Source: Bythopirellula sp.
GTDB lineage: Bacteria > Planctomycetota > Planctomycetia > Pirellulales > Lacipirellulaceae
Length of the DNA stretch: 64,000 bases
Reading direction: 5' to 3'
Assembly: GCA_965216565.1 (NCBI GenBank)
Contig: OZ244170.1
Location: 1,312,001-1,376,000, forward strand
The translations under genes and the position numbers were made by a program. Positions 38,432 through 47,830 of this stretch are shown piece after piece. Below the pieces are notes generated by a model. The model did no database searches. It saw only the letters and a list, made by a program, of their open reading frames with translations, and was not told where the DNA came from. Position 1 is the first letter of the stretch. The number at the start of each line of letters is the position of its first letter.

Positions 38432-39127
38432 CTAACCTAGTGAACTGGAGTTTACAAATGACAAGAACTCACTTCGGCTCGACAGATTTGTTTTCAACGT
38501 CCCGCGTAGCGCGCTCGTAATCGTTGAACTGCCATGCTTTTTGATGCCGCGGATCGACATGCACGAGTGCTCTGCTTGCACGACAACTCCCACTCCAGAG
38601 GTTTTTAGTTCAGTTTCTATCATCTCAGCGATCGTGTGCGTCATCCGTTCTTGCACTTGCGGACGACGAGCGACTTCCTCAACAACACGAGCTAGCTTGC
38701 TGAGTCCGGTCACATGACCCTGTGGGATGTAACCGACGTGAGCCACTCCCGTAAATGGCAGGAGATGATGTTCACACATGCTGGTAAACGGAATATCTCG
38801 TACGAGCACGAGTTCATCGTAATCTTCAGTAAATGTGACCTGCAGGTGACGCGCGGGATCGAGATGCAAGCCTTGAAACATTTCAGCGTACATCTTCGCA
38901 ACCCGTCGAGGTGTCTCTTCCAAGCCGGGGCGATCTGGATCCTCCCCAACGGCTTTCAAAATTGTGCGGACAGCAGATTTGATCGCTGTCAAGTCGACTT
39001 CATCAGATGGTTGATTACTGCAGTGAGTCTGATTTGGCAATTCCGAGGGTAGCTCGCAACTTTGTGAGGTTAGATCTGACGTCGGTGGGAGGTTCAAAAC
39101 CGAGTGCATGGTGCTTAAATCCGTCAA
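38432..39127 (-). CDS. folE: GTP cyclohydrolase I
   Basis: [41 protein letters not shown] and HSCMSIRG; the start may be ATG about 39109. Confidence 0.95.
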   Translation of the reverse strand: MTDLSTMHSVLNLPPTSDLTSQSCELPSELPNQTHCSNQPSDEVDLTAIKSAVRTILKAVGEDPDRPGLEETPRRVAKMYAEMFQGLHLDPARHLQVTFTEDYDELVLVRDIPFTSMCEHHLLPFTGVAHVGYIPQGHVTGLSKLARVVEEVARRPQVQERMTHTIAEMIETELKTSGVGVVVQAEHSCMSIRGIKKHGSSTITSALRGTLKTNLSSRSEFLSFVNSSSLG

Positions 39128-39374
39128 ATAGGTGGAGTTATACTACGTCGACTCCGAGACTATAGGCAGCTTGCCGATGATGGCAACGTGAAATGCTTTG
39201 ATTTTCGGTTAGAAAGTGGTGATTTTGCAATGGCTGCTCAAGTTAAGAGCCATGACAACACCTGCAGCCGAACTGTGTTTTGGCTATCATCAGGGTCGAG
39301 ACAAAACACCAAAAGCTGGCATCCGATCAAAACATGACCGGAAACCAGCTTTGGCATTTGAAGGTAGAATGTGT

Positions 39375-40571
39375 TTAACGGGCCGTTACTTGCATGCTCT
39401 TGTAAGTCGAATCCAATGCATGCCTGAGTGTCCACGCTTGCGTGTTGCTACAACTGCATTGCTCCGCCTTATTCAAAGCTGTTTGCAATGTGTGGGAGAC
39501 CATGGGGCTTATCCGATGGTCGTCCATTGCCAGCAAGTTCTCAGCAGTAGTCATGTACACCTTAGCACATTCGCTTGGGTGTCCCGCATTAAAGAGCGGT
39601 GCTCCTTCCTGGATCGCCATTTCAATCATTTTGTGGGGTGTCATCGCAGCCTGCTTGTTTGCTGGGGGCATGATAACGGTATCAATCACGTGGATTACAC
39701 CATTGCTTGCGTCCAAATCAGTGGAAACCAACTTGGCATTGTTCACCATGGCTACCCCATCTCGGACCACTATCTGCACGGATTGACCTTCCAGCGTCTT
39801 AGCTTTCCCTGCTTTCAGTGCGTCTGAAGAATAGACTCGGCCTTGCACAACATGATATTTCAAAATCGAAACCAGTTTGTCCTTATTCTCCGGTTTGAGT
39901 AGGGTCTCCACCGTACCAGCGGGTAACTTTGCAAAAGCTTCGTCGGTGGGTGCGAATACGGTAAAGGGACCTTTCCCTGCCAGTGCATCGACAAGTCCGG
40001 CGGCTTGGGCTGCAGCAACTAGAGTTTTGAAGGAACCAGCCTTTTGGGCCGTTGCTGGAATGTCCTCAGTAGCGGGCATAAGCACTTTATCAATGACGTG
40101 AATAACCCCGTTAGAACATTCGATGTCTGTCTTCACGACCGTTGCCTTATCTGTCTTGACTTTGCCATCCTTTACTTGAATATCAATCTGTTGCCCGTTG
40201 AGCGTCTTAGCTCCGCTGAGTTTGACAACTTCGCTAGAACCAACCTTACCTTTCACAACATGGTAAGTTAGCACGTCGACAAGCTGCTGCTTGTTTTCTG
40301 GTTTGAGTAAACTTTCAACCGTCTTCTTTGGCAGTTTGGCGAAAGCCTCGTCGGTGGGAGCAAACACCGTGAACGGTCCCTTATCCTTGAGGGCTTCAAC
40401 TAAGTCTGCTGCTTGTAGTGCAGCTGCCAACGTCTTAAAAGATCCAGCTGCAACGGCTGTGTCAACAATATCTTTCTGTTGTGTCTCAACAGTAGCTGCT
40501 TGCATCGTGGTAGATGCTAGTGTGCTTATGAAGCCGATGCACAGCATTTTTGTGAAAGTGTGTTTGTGCAT
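39375..40571 (-). CDS. Secreted fasciclin (two FAS1 domains) with an extra C-terminal helical domain
   Basis: Signal peptide; [17 protein letters not shown] and NGVIHVID each twice. Confidence 0.92.
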   Translation of the reverse strand: MHKHTFTKMLCIGFISTLASTTMQAATVETQQKDIVDTAVAAGSFKTLAAALQAADLVEALKDKGPFTVFAPTDEAFAKLPKKTVESLLKPENKQQLVDVLTYHVVKGKVGSSEVVKLSGAKTLNGQQIDIQVKDGKVKTDKATVVKTDIECSNGVIHVIDKVLMPATEDIPATAQKAGSFKTLVAAAQAAGLVDALAGKGPFTVFAPTDEAFAKLPAGTVETLLKPENKDKLVSILKYHVVQGRVYSSDALKAGKAKTLEGQSVQIVVRDGVAMVNNAKLVSTDLDASNGVIHVIDTVIMPPANKQAAMTPHKMIEMAIQEGAPLFNAGHPSECAKVYMTTAENLLAMDDHRISPMVSHTLQTALNKAEQCSCSNTQAWTLRHALDSTYKSMQVTAR

Positions 40572-41216
40572 TTTCTGAGTTCCTATTCAAGGGCGGGTAA
40601 CTGATTGACAGTAAACTAACTAGATTGTGATTTTCATTGCTCGGCCAAGACTAATTCGAACCACATAGGCATTAAAGAGAAGGCGTGATTATTGCCAAGC
40701 CCTAGGGCTGATGTTTTCTCGAAATCTACTTACAGAGTTTCTCGTTTCAGCTTGATAGAAGTGAATAGTGGCTTACGTCTGAACGGTGGACTGATTGCCA
40801 CTAGCGCACTGCTGTTTAACAATCCACACAATCTTTACTCGTGTTGTTATCAATCTGAAACTTTGCCTATCTTACTGGCCAACATGGGAAATCGTTCAGC
40901 GAGTAACAGACACTTTGTAAACGTTAGTTACTGAGTGTAGTTTTAGGTCGCCGCTCTTATTGCTAGGTAGTTGGTAAATATTATTCACTATTAGCTACGC
41001 ATTTCTTGGCAGCCGGAAGGGCTGATAATGGAGTTGGCACGGCGCATGATTTAGTCAGTAGTTAGGAGAAATACGTGAAATCTCATGTGTTCGGCACCGA
41101 AGAATCCTATCTGCCAAACGCGGTGTCAAGATTTTCTGTGGCAAAGCCTGCTCGTTTACGGTTTCCGACTAGGTGTAAACAAGAGTGACTGAGAATTTCA
41201 CTAGGAGTGATGAGAG

Positions 41217-41399
41217 ATGTTTGGCTTATTTGGTGATAAAAAGAAGAAACTGCAAAAGAAGTATGCCTGTTTGCTGGAGGAGTCACATCGACTCAGCCAT
41301 AGCAATCGTAAGGCAAGCGATCTGAAAATGGCTGAGGCAGACCGTGTCTTGCAGCAGATCAAAGCCTTGGAAGAGGGCTCTACGGTGAAGCCGGGCTAA
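41217..41399 (+). CDS. Lacal_2735/DUF6435-like small protein
   Basis: MFGLFG..KKKLQKKY..LLEES..LS.SNRKASD.K.AEA; AGGAG RBS. Confidence 0.75.
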   Translation: MFGLFGDKKKKLQKKYACLLEESHRLSHSNRKASDLKMAEADRVLQQIKALEEGSTVKPG

Positions 41400-42291
41400 C
41401 CGCTTGCAGCAGAGCCTCGACGGTTGCGAAATTGATGTCGACGATATCCTGCACATCTTGGGAGTAGCCGCCTCCCATAACCACAGCAATCGGTCGCGAT
41501 ACTTGACGACACGCCTGAAATACCAACCGATCTCGCTGCTTAAGTCCGCTTTTAGTCAGATTAAGTCTGCCATAACGGTCGTTTTTGTAGCAGTCTGCAC
41601 CGGCTATATAAAATATGAGATTGGCAGACTCGAGCTGCAGCTTTGCAGTTAGCGCGTTCTCAAGCACACGAAGATATCCGTCATCTGAGGTCCCATCCGG
41701 TAGTTGCACATCCAAGTCACTGCCGATCTTGTGCTGCGGGTAATTCCTCTCACCATGCATCGAGAAAGTGATAACGGAAGGATCATTGGCGAATATTGCT
41801 GCGGTGCCATTCCCTTGATGCACGTCGAGGTCAATGATCACGACGCGATGGAGAACTCCCTCGGCCTGCAACACACGGGTCGCGACGGCCACATCGTTGA
41901 ATACACAGAAACCCTCGCCTCGCTCTGCAAAAGCATGATGGGTACCCCCTGCCAAGTGCACTGCTACTCCATCAACGAGCGCTGCCCGTGACGCAGAGAT
42001 TGTGGCGCCTGTTGAGCGGCGATGTCTTTCAACCATTCTTGCTGACCAGGGAAACCCGATTCGCCGCTGTTCGATGCGTGTGAGATTTCCGGACTTGATT
42101 TTGTCTAGATAGTCCCGCGTGTGAACAAGTAATAACTGCTCATCGGTAGCGGCTGGAGGAAGACGGAATTGGAGTTGGTTTGAGAAATGACAATTTTGCA
42201 GACTTTCTCTAACGCGCCGATACTTCTCCATCGGAAAGTGATGATCATCGGGAAGGGGGAGCTCATAAGTGTCACTGTAATAGACTTGCAT
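41380..42291 (-). CDS. Histone deacetylase family protein
   Basis: HFPMEKY, GGTHHA, GFCVFND, DLDVHQGNGT, AGAD..D..G and GGGY; start ATG 42291. Confidence 0.92.
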   Translation of the reverse strand: MQVYYSDTYELPLPDDHHFPMEKYRRVRESLQNCHFSNQLQFRLPPAATDEQLLLVHTRDYLDKIKSGNLTRIEQRRIGFPWSARMVERHRRSTGATISASRAALVDGVAVHLAGGTHHAFAERGEGFCVFNDVAVATRVLQAEGVLHRVVIIDLDVHQGNGTAAIFANDPSVITFSMHGERNYPQHKIGSDLDVQLPDGTSDDGYLRVLENALTAKLQLESANLIFYIAGADCYKNDRYGRLNLTKSGLKQRDRLVFQACRQVSRPIAVVMGGGYSQDVQDIVDINFATVEALLQAVSPASP

Positions 42292-42311
42292 CGCTTCCAC
42301 ATTTGAGAGAT

Positions 42312-43478
42312 TCAGTCGGTGGGCAACATGATCCAAAGCTCTGGGCGGCCGACGTTACAGTGCACAGCCCGCGACAAAAAACCAAGGCACGACCAGGAGA
42401 GAAAAAGGACCGTGCGTGCGGCGTGCCAGGCTCCAATGCCGTCCGTGGATCGTTGTTCACGACGGTTAGCTACGCTTGGAACAGGATGAAAAATAGTCTC
42501 CACTAGCGTCGATCGTTCGGGTTCATCGTCTTGCACTTGATCGAGTGCAGAGAGTGTGTTGTCTAAGAGTTGCCGTGGCACACCACATTGAATCAATCTG
42601 CTATCGACGGAGTAACTTGCTCGTCTACTGACAGATGGTAGCACAAGCAAACCAAAGAACGACCACAGTGTAAATCCAGCACAAGTGGTGATCAACTGAG
42701 CAACACTTTTGACACCGGCGCCTGGCAGTAACGCCGATAACGCGAAGCCAGTTAGCACCCAAATTAGTGCCAAGATCAGGCCCTTCGAGCGACTACTCGA
42801 CTCAAGAGCCACCAAGCGGCGAGCTACGGCCGCAGCAAGCTGTTCGGAAGTTAGATGATTGAACCAGCTGCGAGGAATAATCACTGTCTCATTTCCCGGT
42901 AATCCCACAATTCCCCCTGTGAAACCGGGGTCGCTATGACTAAGCACTTCCAACGGACTGCTTCTGAAACCCCACTGCTCTAAATTCTGGCGTAGCTTGG
43001 CCAAGTGCCGAGCCGGTTGCGATGGAGCACCATCAATCGTCAAGCGAACTAAAAGACCTTGCATTGCAATATACACCACACTAATCACTGCCAGTAGCAA
43101 TAGTACGCCGCCAAGGCCGAGCAGACGACCAACCGTCAAGATCGAAAGTCCCGTCGCCAGGAAAAGGAACGATTGCAGCTCCACCCCAATCAGCCATGAT
43201 CCAAAAAACTGTGCAAACGTCGCCGACTGTCGTCGATATCGGTTGGGTAACACAAACCCGCCGAGAACGTCTAGTGGCAACATGATCAGCATGAAGGCAG
43301 CGATCAATGCGCCTAGGCTCCAAACTTGATTTGTTTGCCACTCCAGCGCCGTCGAAAATATTGCTTCGTGCCCACGTGTAATCAGAAGTGACACTGCGAT
43401 GACGACTATCGTGCCAACACCTGTAATTCCTAGCCAAAGCCTCGAGCGAGCGTAAGTCATGGTTCTATCTCCATGCAA
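42312..43478 (-). CDS. Multi-pass membrane protein, M48-peptidase-like architecture without HExxH
   Basis: Several TM helices; GGIVGLPG...IIIP..W...LT.EQL and ETIFHPVPSVANR; probable start ATG 43460. Confidence 0.65.
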   Translation of the reverse strand: MHGDRTMTYARSRLWLGITGVGTIVVIAVSLLITRGHEAIFSTALEWQTNQVWSLGALIAAFMLIMLPLDVLGGFVLPNRYRRQSATFAQFFGSWLIGVELQSFLFLATGLSILTVGRLLGLGGVLLLLAVISVVYIAMQGLLVRLTIDGAPSQPARHLAKLRQNLEQWGFRSSPLEVLSHSDPGFTGGIVGLPGNETVIIPRSWFNHLTSEQLAAAVARRLVALESSSRSKGLILALIWVLTGFALSALLPGAGVKSVAQLITTCAGFTLWSFFGLLVLPSVSRRASYSVDSRLIQCGVPRQLLDNTLSALDQVQDDEPERSTLVETIFHPVPSVANRREQRSTDGIGAWHAARTVLFLSWSCLGFLSRAVHCNVGRPELWIMLPTD

Positions 43479-43570
43479 TGATGGATTAACTTCGGGAACG
43501 TTTTTACAGCGAGGTTGGACGAAGTTAGTGTTCCGTGCTAATCTCGTAGTTCCTTAACCGAGGTTTGTAG

Positions 43571-43927
43571 ATGCATTTCACCAAGCAGCAATTAGAACAG
43601 GCCACGCGTCTCAAAGAGCTCGGATTGGCTTGGAAACCAGCTGCAGGACACTATATCTACGATGTGACGCACGCGCTCAAGCCGTCGTCTCCCTTCCAGG
43701 ATCGCGTTTACTTCTTGCTCGATCTTGATTGTTTTCTAAGGGCTGTCGGCGGGCCGAAGTCTTTTGAGCGGTTGATGGTTTGGCTACCAAGTTGGGAACA
43801 GGCACGATCGGCCCTGCGGTCAGTTGGAGTGGCTGATGACGAGGTGTCGACAGATCTTGCTCGCAGTCTGGACGAGCAGAGCGAACTTAACCATTTGTAC
43901 GACCTTCTTGAGCGAACATTGCGTTAG
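43571..43927 (+). CDS. Hypothetical protein, paralog of 44219-44599
   Basis: Shared W.P.AGHY.YD, SPFQ..VYF.L, AVGG and WLP.W..AR; GAGG RBS. Confidence 0.8.
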   Translation: MHFTKQQLEQATRLKELGLAWKPAAGHYIYDVTHALKPSSPFQDRVYFLLDLDCFLRAVGGPKSFERLMVWLPSWEQARSALRSVGVADDEVSTDLARSLDEQSELNHLYDLLERTLR

Positions 43928-44218
43928 TTGCTGCCATTCTTGGATTGCGGCTAGCCATCGTTCATAAGTGTTCCCAGTAAATGGGCAGTGTCAGTTCGAT
44001 CGACTTCATCGGCAGGCAATTCCATGTCAGATCGGTGCGAAACCGACTGCCTGAACTCCAGGCCGAGTTGGGTCTCCAAAGTTCTTTGCTGTAGTGTTCG
44101 CCTCTTTCATAGAAAAAGGTATGGAAAGTACGACGACCGACCTCAGCGCCGTCCGATCTTCCACTCTTGTGTCTCATTTAAGTTAGACGAATTGCTTGGC
44201 AGGCTCGATGTTTCCAGT

Positions 44219-44599
44219 TCACCTTGGCACGCTGTGCTCAGCTAAAGTTGTTTCAATGAGCTGGTAGAGAATGAATCGCTCCGTTCCTTGTTCGATAGCA
44301 CAGCTGTTTTCAAGTCGATCAGCAATACGAGCATCGCTCACTTCGAGCGACTTTAACAGCTGACGAGCATCGTGCCAGGTTGGCAGCCAAAACATGATTT
44401 GTTTGAAGCGTTCAACTCCACCGACTGCTTTCATGAAGTAGTCGTAGTTGAGAATGAAGTAGACTTGACTTTGAAATGGTGATGCCTGCTTGCAAAACCC
44501 GGTCTCGTCGTAGACGTAGTGTCCAGCCTGGGGCTCCCAGGAGATTCCTGTTTGATGGAGTTTTCGTGCTAAGGCGATTTCTTCGTCGCTAAATTGCAT
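44219..44599 (-). CDS. Hypothetical protein, paralog of 43571-43927
   Basis: Same conserved blocks; AGGAG RBS; directly downstream of the photolyase fusion. Confidence 0.82.
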   Translation of the reverse strand: MQFSDEEIALARKLHQTGISWEPQAGHYVYDETGFCKQASPFQSQVYFILNYDYFMKAVGGVERFKQIMFWLPTWHDARQLLKSLEVSDARIADRLENSCAIEQGTERFILYQLIETTLAEHSVPR

Positions 44600-44641
44600 G
44601 GGGATTTTCTCCTATCGATCTTTACACCTATGAGTTGCTCG

Positions 44642-47104
44642 TCAGAAGAGTTGCTGTTGAGACGCCGTTTGATCTTTGACATCGTTCGCATTCTTTGAGA
44701 GGAGGCCCAGATATCGACCGGCTACAGCCGCGCCGCTCAAGAAAGCTCCTTCCACGCGTGGCCCCCCACACCAATCGCCGCAAGCACCAACACCGACTTC
44801 GGAGTCAAACAGACAGCGTTCTTCCAGCGGTTCTGTCGGTAAGGCGAACCGCCAGCGATGGGCAATGCGCTTGAGAATAGGCCTGGGACGAGACCCTGAA
44901 GCCCTCCAAAACTCGTCGGATAGCTCTTCTGCCACAGCAGTCGCTTCTCGCTCCAAGTTGGCTTCCGACCACTCAGGGGATGCGTGGAGGATCCAAGTTT
45001 CTGGTTGGGAAGAACGACCGGGTTTGTTACTGTTTCGTGCAATCCACGAAAGTGGAGAATCTTGAACAAAAGCGCCGCTGAAAGGCAAATCTAAGCCTTC
45101 TTCCATCGCTACCATTATCGCCCAGCATCCGCTCATGCGTATTCGTTGTGCTTGCTCAGCGAGTGCTGATACACTCGAGAGCAATTCGGCTGTTTGCGGC
45201 GCAGGTGCTGAAACGATGACTGCGTCAAAGCTACCGAGGTCGCTTTGATGATCGTCTACAAGTTTCCACTGTTCGTCACACCGCTTCAGCGACGACACCT
45301 TTGATTCGTAATGGACGGTCATGTCGCCAGTTAGGTGACGGCAGATAGCGTTCATGACTGGCATGGCAATATAACGCTGCGTCCCTGCTTTTTCCTCAAC
45401 TACTTCGCCCTCCTTGATCGAAACGATTCGGCCTTGCCACTGCGAAACGATGCCTTCTTGCTGCCAAGAGTTGACAAGACGTTTGAACCGTGGGTCGCGA
45501 GCCGTGAAATACTGGGCACCGTGGTCAAATCGCAAATCGTCCTCGGTGCGCCTTGTCGACATTCGCCCACCAGCGCCGCGACTCTTTTCAAAGACCGTTA
45601 CTGCAATACCATGATCCGAAAGCGTTCGAGCACAAATCAGGCCGGAAATCCCCGCTCCAATCACCGCAACTGAAGGAGACGATTCATACAGCGGGCGAGT
45701 CGTCCGACGCGTATATGCAAGCGGATCGAGACGCTCCGCATGCTGAGCAGTTGAGCGATGACGAACGGAGCCAAAAATTTGTCGTCCAGGAGGAAACGGA
45801 CGATCAAACTGGCCGAGGCACCAAAGGAGACCACCGTAGGAGGCCGGATCGCGCCCGTCGAGTGCGTAGCGGTGGTTGAGATCGATTAACATCGCCAAAG
45901 CTTGCTTGGCATTCGTCGTCCAGTTTAACAGCGCCTTGCCCCAGGTCATTCGGACGTTGTTATGCAATTCGCCTTGGATGAGCAAAGACTTCTGAGCAGC
46001 ATCCCACAAGGCATCTTCTGTAGTACCGCGAGCTAGCGTTTCCCAAGAAAGCAGTGCTGGCCGTGGATCGTGCTCATGCTCAGCAAGTGTCTCGATTGCC
46101 CATTTCGGCAACGCGGAGATCCTGTCATGATCGGGTCGATAGAAGCAAAACACGTAGGCTAATTCTCGCCAAATCAGCAACTCATCAAGAAACTTCTCTG
46201 CACCTTCATTGTCGAGTTCGGCGGCTTCACGGGCCACCCGTTGTGGCGAAACCATACCGTAGTGCAGATAGGCCGAGAGCCGACTTACTCCGTCAGCGAG
46301 CGGATTGTTTCTAGTCTTAGAGTAACGGGAAAGTTTTGTTTCTTTAAAAAGATTCCAACGATTGTACCCGGCAACGGACCCACCCATGGTGTGCGGCACC
46401 GGACCGATTGTGTGATCAATCTCGCATTGAGCAACTAAATTATCGAGTTCAGCCGATTGCAAATCGATCGGCTCGAAAGGGAGGTCTGCGGGCAAATCTC
46501 CGGGGAAATCAGAGACTACAGTCACATATCCGCGAGTAAGACGGTCTTCGTAGAGAGTTTTTGTCGCCTTGCGATAGGCGAAAGCTCGATCGTATGACTG
46601 ACCTACTAGTTGCATGGGCACGATGCATGCTGTGTCGACCGCCATGACGGGTGCCGTGACACTACGAGCAAGTACATTGGTCCAACTGCGAAGTGGCTCT
46701 GCGGGCATGTCTTCCGTAACAACTAGCGCGGCTCGCTCAGCTAGTGTTTTCAGATGGGGACCGCGATGCCCTCGTCGCTCGAGATGGAAGACATACGGTA
46801 TGTCCCGTTCTCCGAGAGAAACCTGAGCATCTCTGGCACCCTGTAAGATAAAAGTGTGATGCCGATCTGAAGCGTAGGGGTAACGTTCAGATAATGCATG
46901 GTACACAAGCACCGGGAGTTGTAATGCATTCGCCACTGTGATCGCGGCGTCCAAAGCCGGGTTTTCCTCCGCACGCACCGCAGTACGCATCCAGTAGAGA
47001 ACAAACTCGCCACCATCCCGCGAAGATACGCCTGAGAGCAGCCGCGAACGCTCACGCAGCGTGTCCGACAAAAACTCCATCAGCGGTTGGGCGGCGTGCT
47101 TCAT
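44642..47104 (-). CDS. Class II-like CPD photolyase fused to a renalase-like FAD/NAD(P) oxidoreductase
   Basis: YWMRTAVRAEENPAL, SRLSAYLHYG, GELHNNVRMTWGK and YALDGRDP; then VIGAGISG, EKSRGAGGRMSTRR, FDHGAQYFT and CGDWC..RVEGAFLSG; start taken at ATG 47104 (or 47080). Confidence 0.88.
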   Translation of the reverse strand: MKHAAQPLMEFLSDTLRERSRLLSGVSSRDGGEFVLYWMRTAVRAEENPALDAAITVANALQLPVLVYHALSERYPYASDRHHTFILQGARDAQVSLGERDIPYVFHLERRGHRGPHLKTLAERAALVVTEDMPAEPLRSWTNVLARSVTAPVMAVDTACIVPMQLVGQSYDRAFAYRKATKTLYEDRLTRGYVTVVSDFPGDLPADLPFEPIDLQSAELDNLVAQCEIDHTIGPVPHTMGGSVAGYNRWNLFKETKLSRYSKTRNNPLADGVSRLSAYLHYGMVSPQRVAREAAELDNEGAEKFLDELLIWRELAYVFCFYRPDHDRISALPKWAIETLAEHEHDPRPALLSWETLARGTTEDALWDAAQKSLLIQGELHNNVRMTWGKALLNWTTNAKQALAMLIDLNHRYALDGRDPASYGGLLWCLGQFDRPFPPGRQIFGSVRHRSTAQHAERLDPLAYTRRTTRPLYESSPSVAVIGAGISGLICARTLSDHGIAVTVFEKSRGAGGRMSTRRTEDDLRFDHGAQYFTARDPRFKRLVNSWQQEGIVSQWQGRIVSIKEGEVVEEKAGTQRYIAMPVMNAICRHLTGDMTVHYESKVSSLKRCDEQWKLVDDHQSDLGSFDAVIVSAPAPQTAELLSSVSALAEQAQRIRMSGCWAIMVAMEEGLDLPFSGAFVQDSPLSWIARNSNKPGRSSQPETWILHASPEWSEANLEREATAVAEELSDEFWRASGSRPRPILKRIAHRWRFALPTEPLEERCLFDSEVGVGACGDWCGGPRVEGAFLSGAAVAGRYLGLLSKNANDVKDQTASQQQLF

Positions 47105-47830
47105 GCGAAACGATTTCTTAATTGATCTTGGTAAGCGGTAGTTAGTTCGACTCAAATTCTTCAAGAAACCGCGGAATAGGAGGAAGTGTTTCTTCCCATC
47201 CGCAAGCAGCATGATGCACCCATGGCGTGAAATAGTCTTCACCATCAGCGGCGCGAATGACTTCCGTCCCCAGGCACCAGCCCGTCAAGCTGTTTGATCC
47301 ATTGCCCCATCTGTTGTGCACGTATGAATTTTTCGGTTATGGCCTCGGCGAGGGATTTATTCGTTTTTCTCCGCCCGTTCCCCATCCAAGCTAAAGCTAT
47401 TGGCGAGATAATTGAGTATTCTTTCAATCTCCATAATATAAGTTGTTGAAAGTAGCTCGATGACCAGTTCTCTAGTCGCTGCCACGGTTGGAGCTTTCGT
47501 GGAAAACTGCGTTGTATTCCGTAGGACTATAGTATGAAGCGGCTGAATGACAACCAAAATAAAATGATCCGGCAAATTTGTACCAATGGGGTGATCGTTT
47601 GGGGCGGCCGACTCAACGTCGATACGTCCGTATTCGACCACTTCGACTGGCAAAGACGTCTGCCCGTTTAACGCACTGTATTGGGTTTTTTGGTGCCGCA
47701 CATAGGGCAATTACTAAGCAACACTCGGATGTCGATGCAGCTGCGAAACCTTGACCTGATAAACTCTACTGAACTCAATGCCATCCCAGAACAAGCCAGG
47801 CAACTCCGTCCTTCGCTGGCAGTAGTTTGA

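Noticed and set aside
37914..39127. folE + queD as a Dpd/7-deazaguanine DNA-modification defence island
   Set aside because: No dpdA/tgt-like, queC or queE gene in the window.
39216..39827. 203-aa plus-strand ORF, and the many other antisense or alternate-frame ORFs in the track (e.g. 22178-22651, 37118-37642, 55245-55778, 62950-63279)
   Set aside because: They overlap well-supported genes and have no recognisable motifs; shadow ORFs.
41034..41050. TGGCACG-N4-ATGA as a sigma54 promoter feature
   Set aside because: The -12 element lacks the conserved GC, so it is mentioned only as a weak note.
43962..44245. Two short overlapping ORFs between the convergent paralogs
   Set aside because: No motifs or clear RBS; probably spacer.
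47105..47245. Upstream extension of the photolyase ORF (867 aa)
   Set aside because: The first 47 residues look non-homologous; a start at 47104 or 47080 fits the photolyase domain better.
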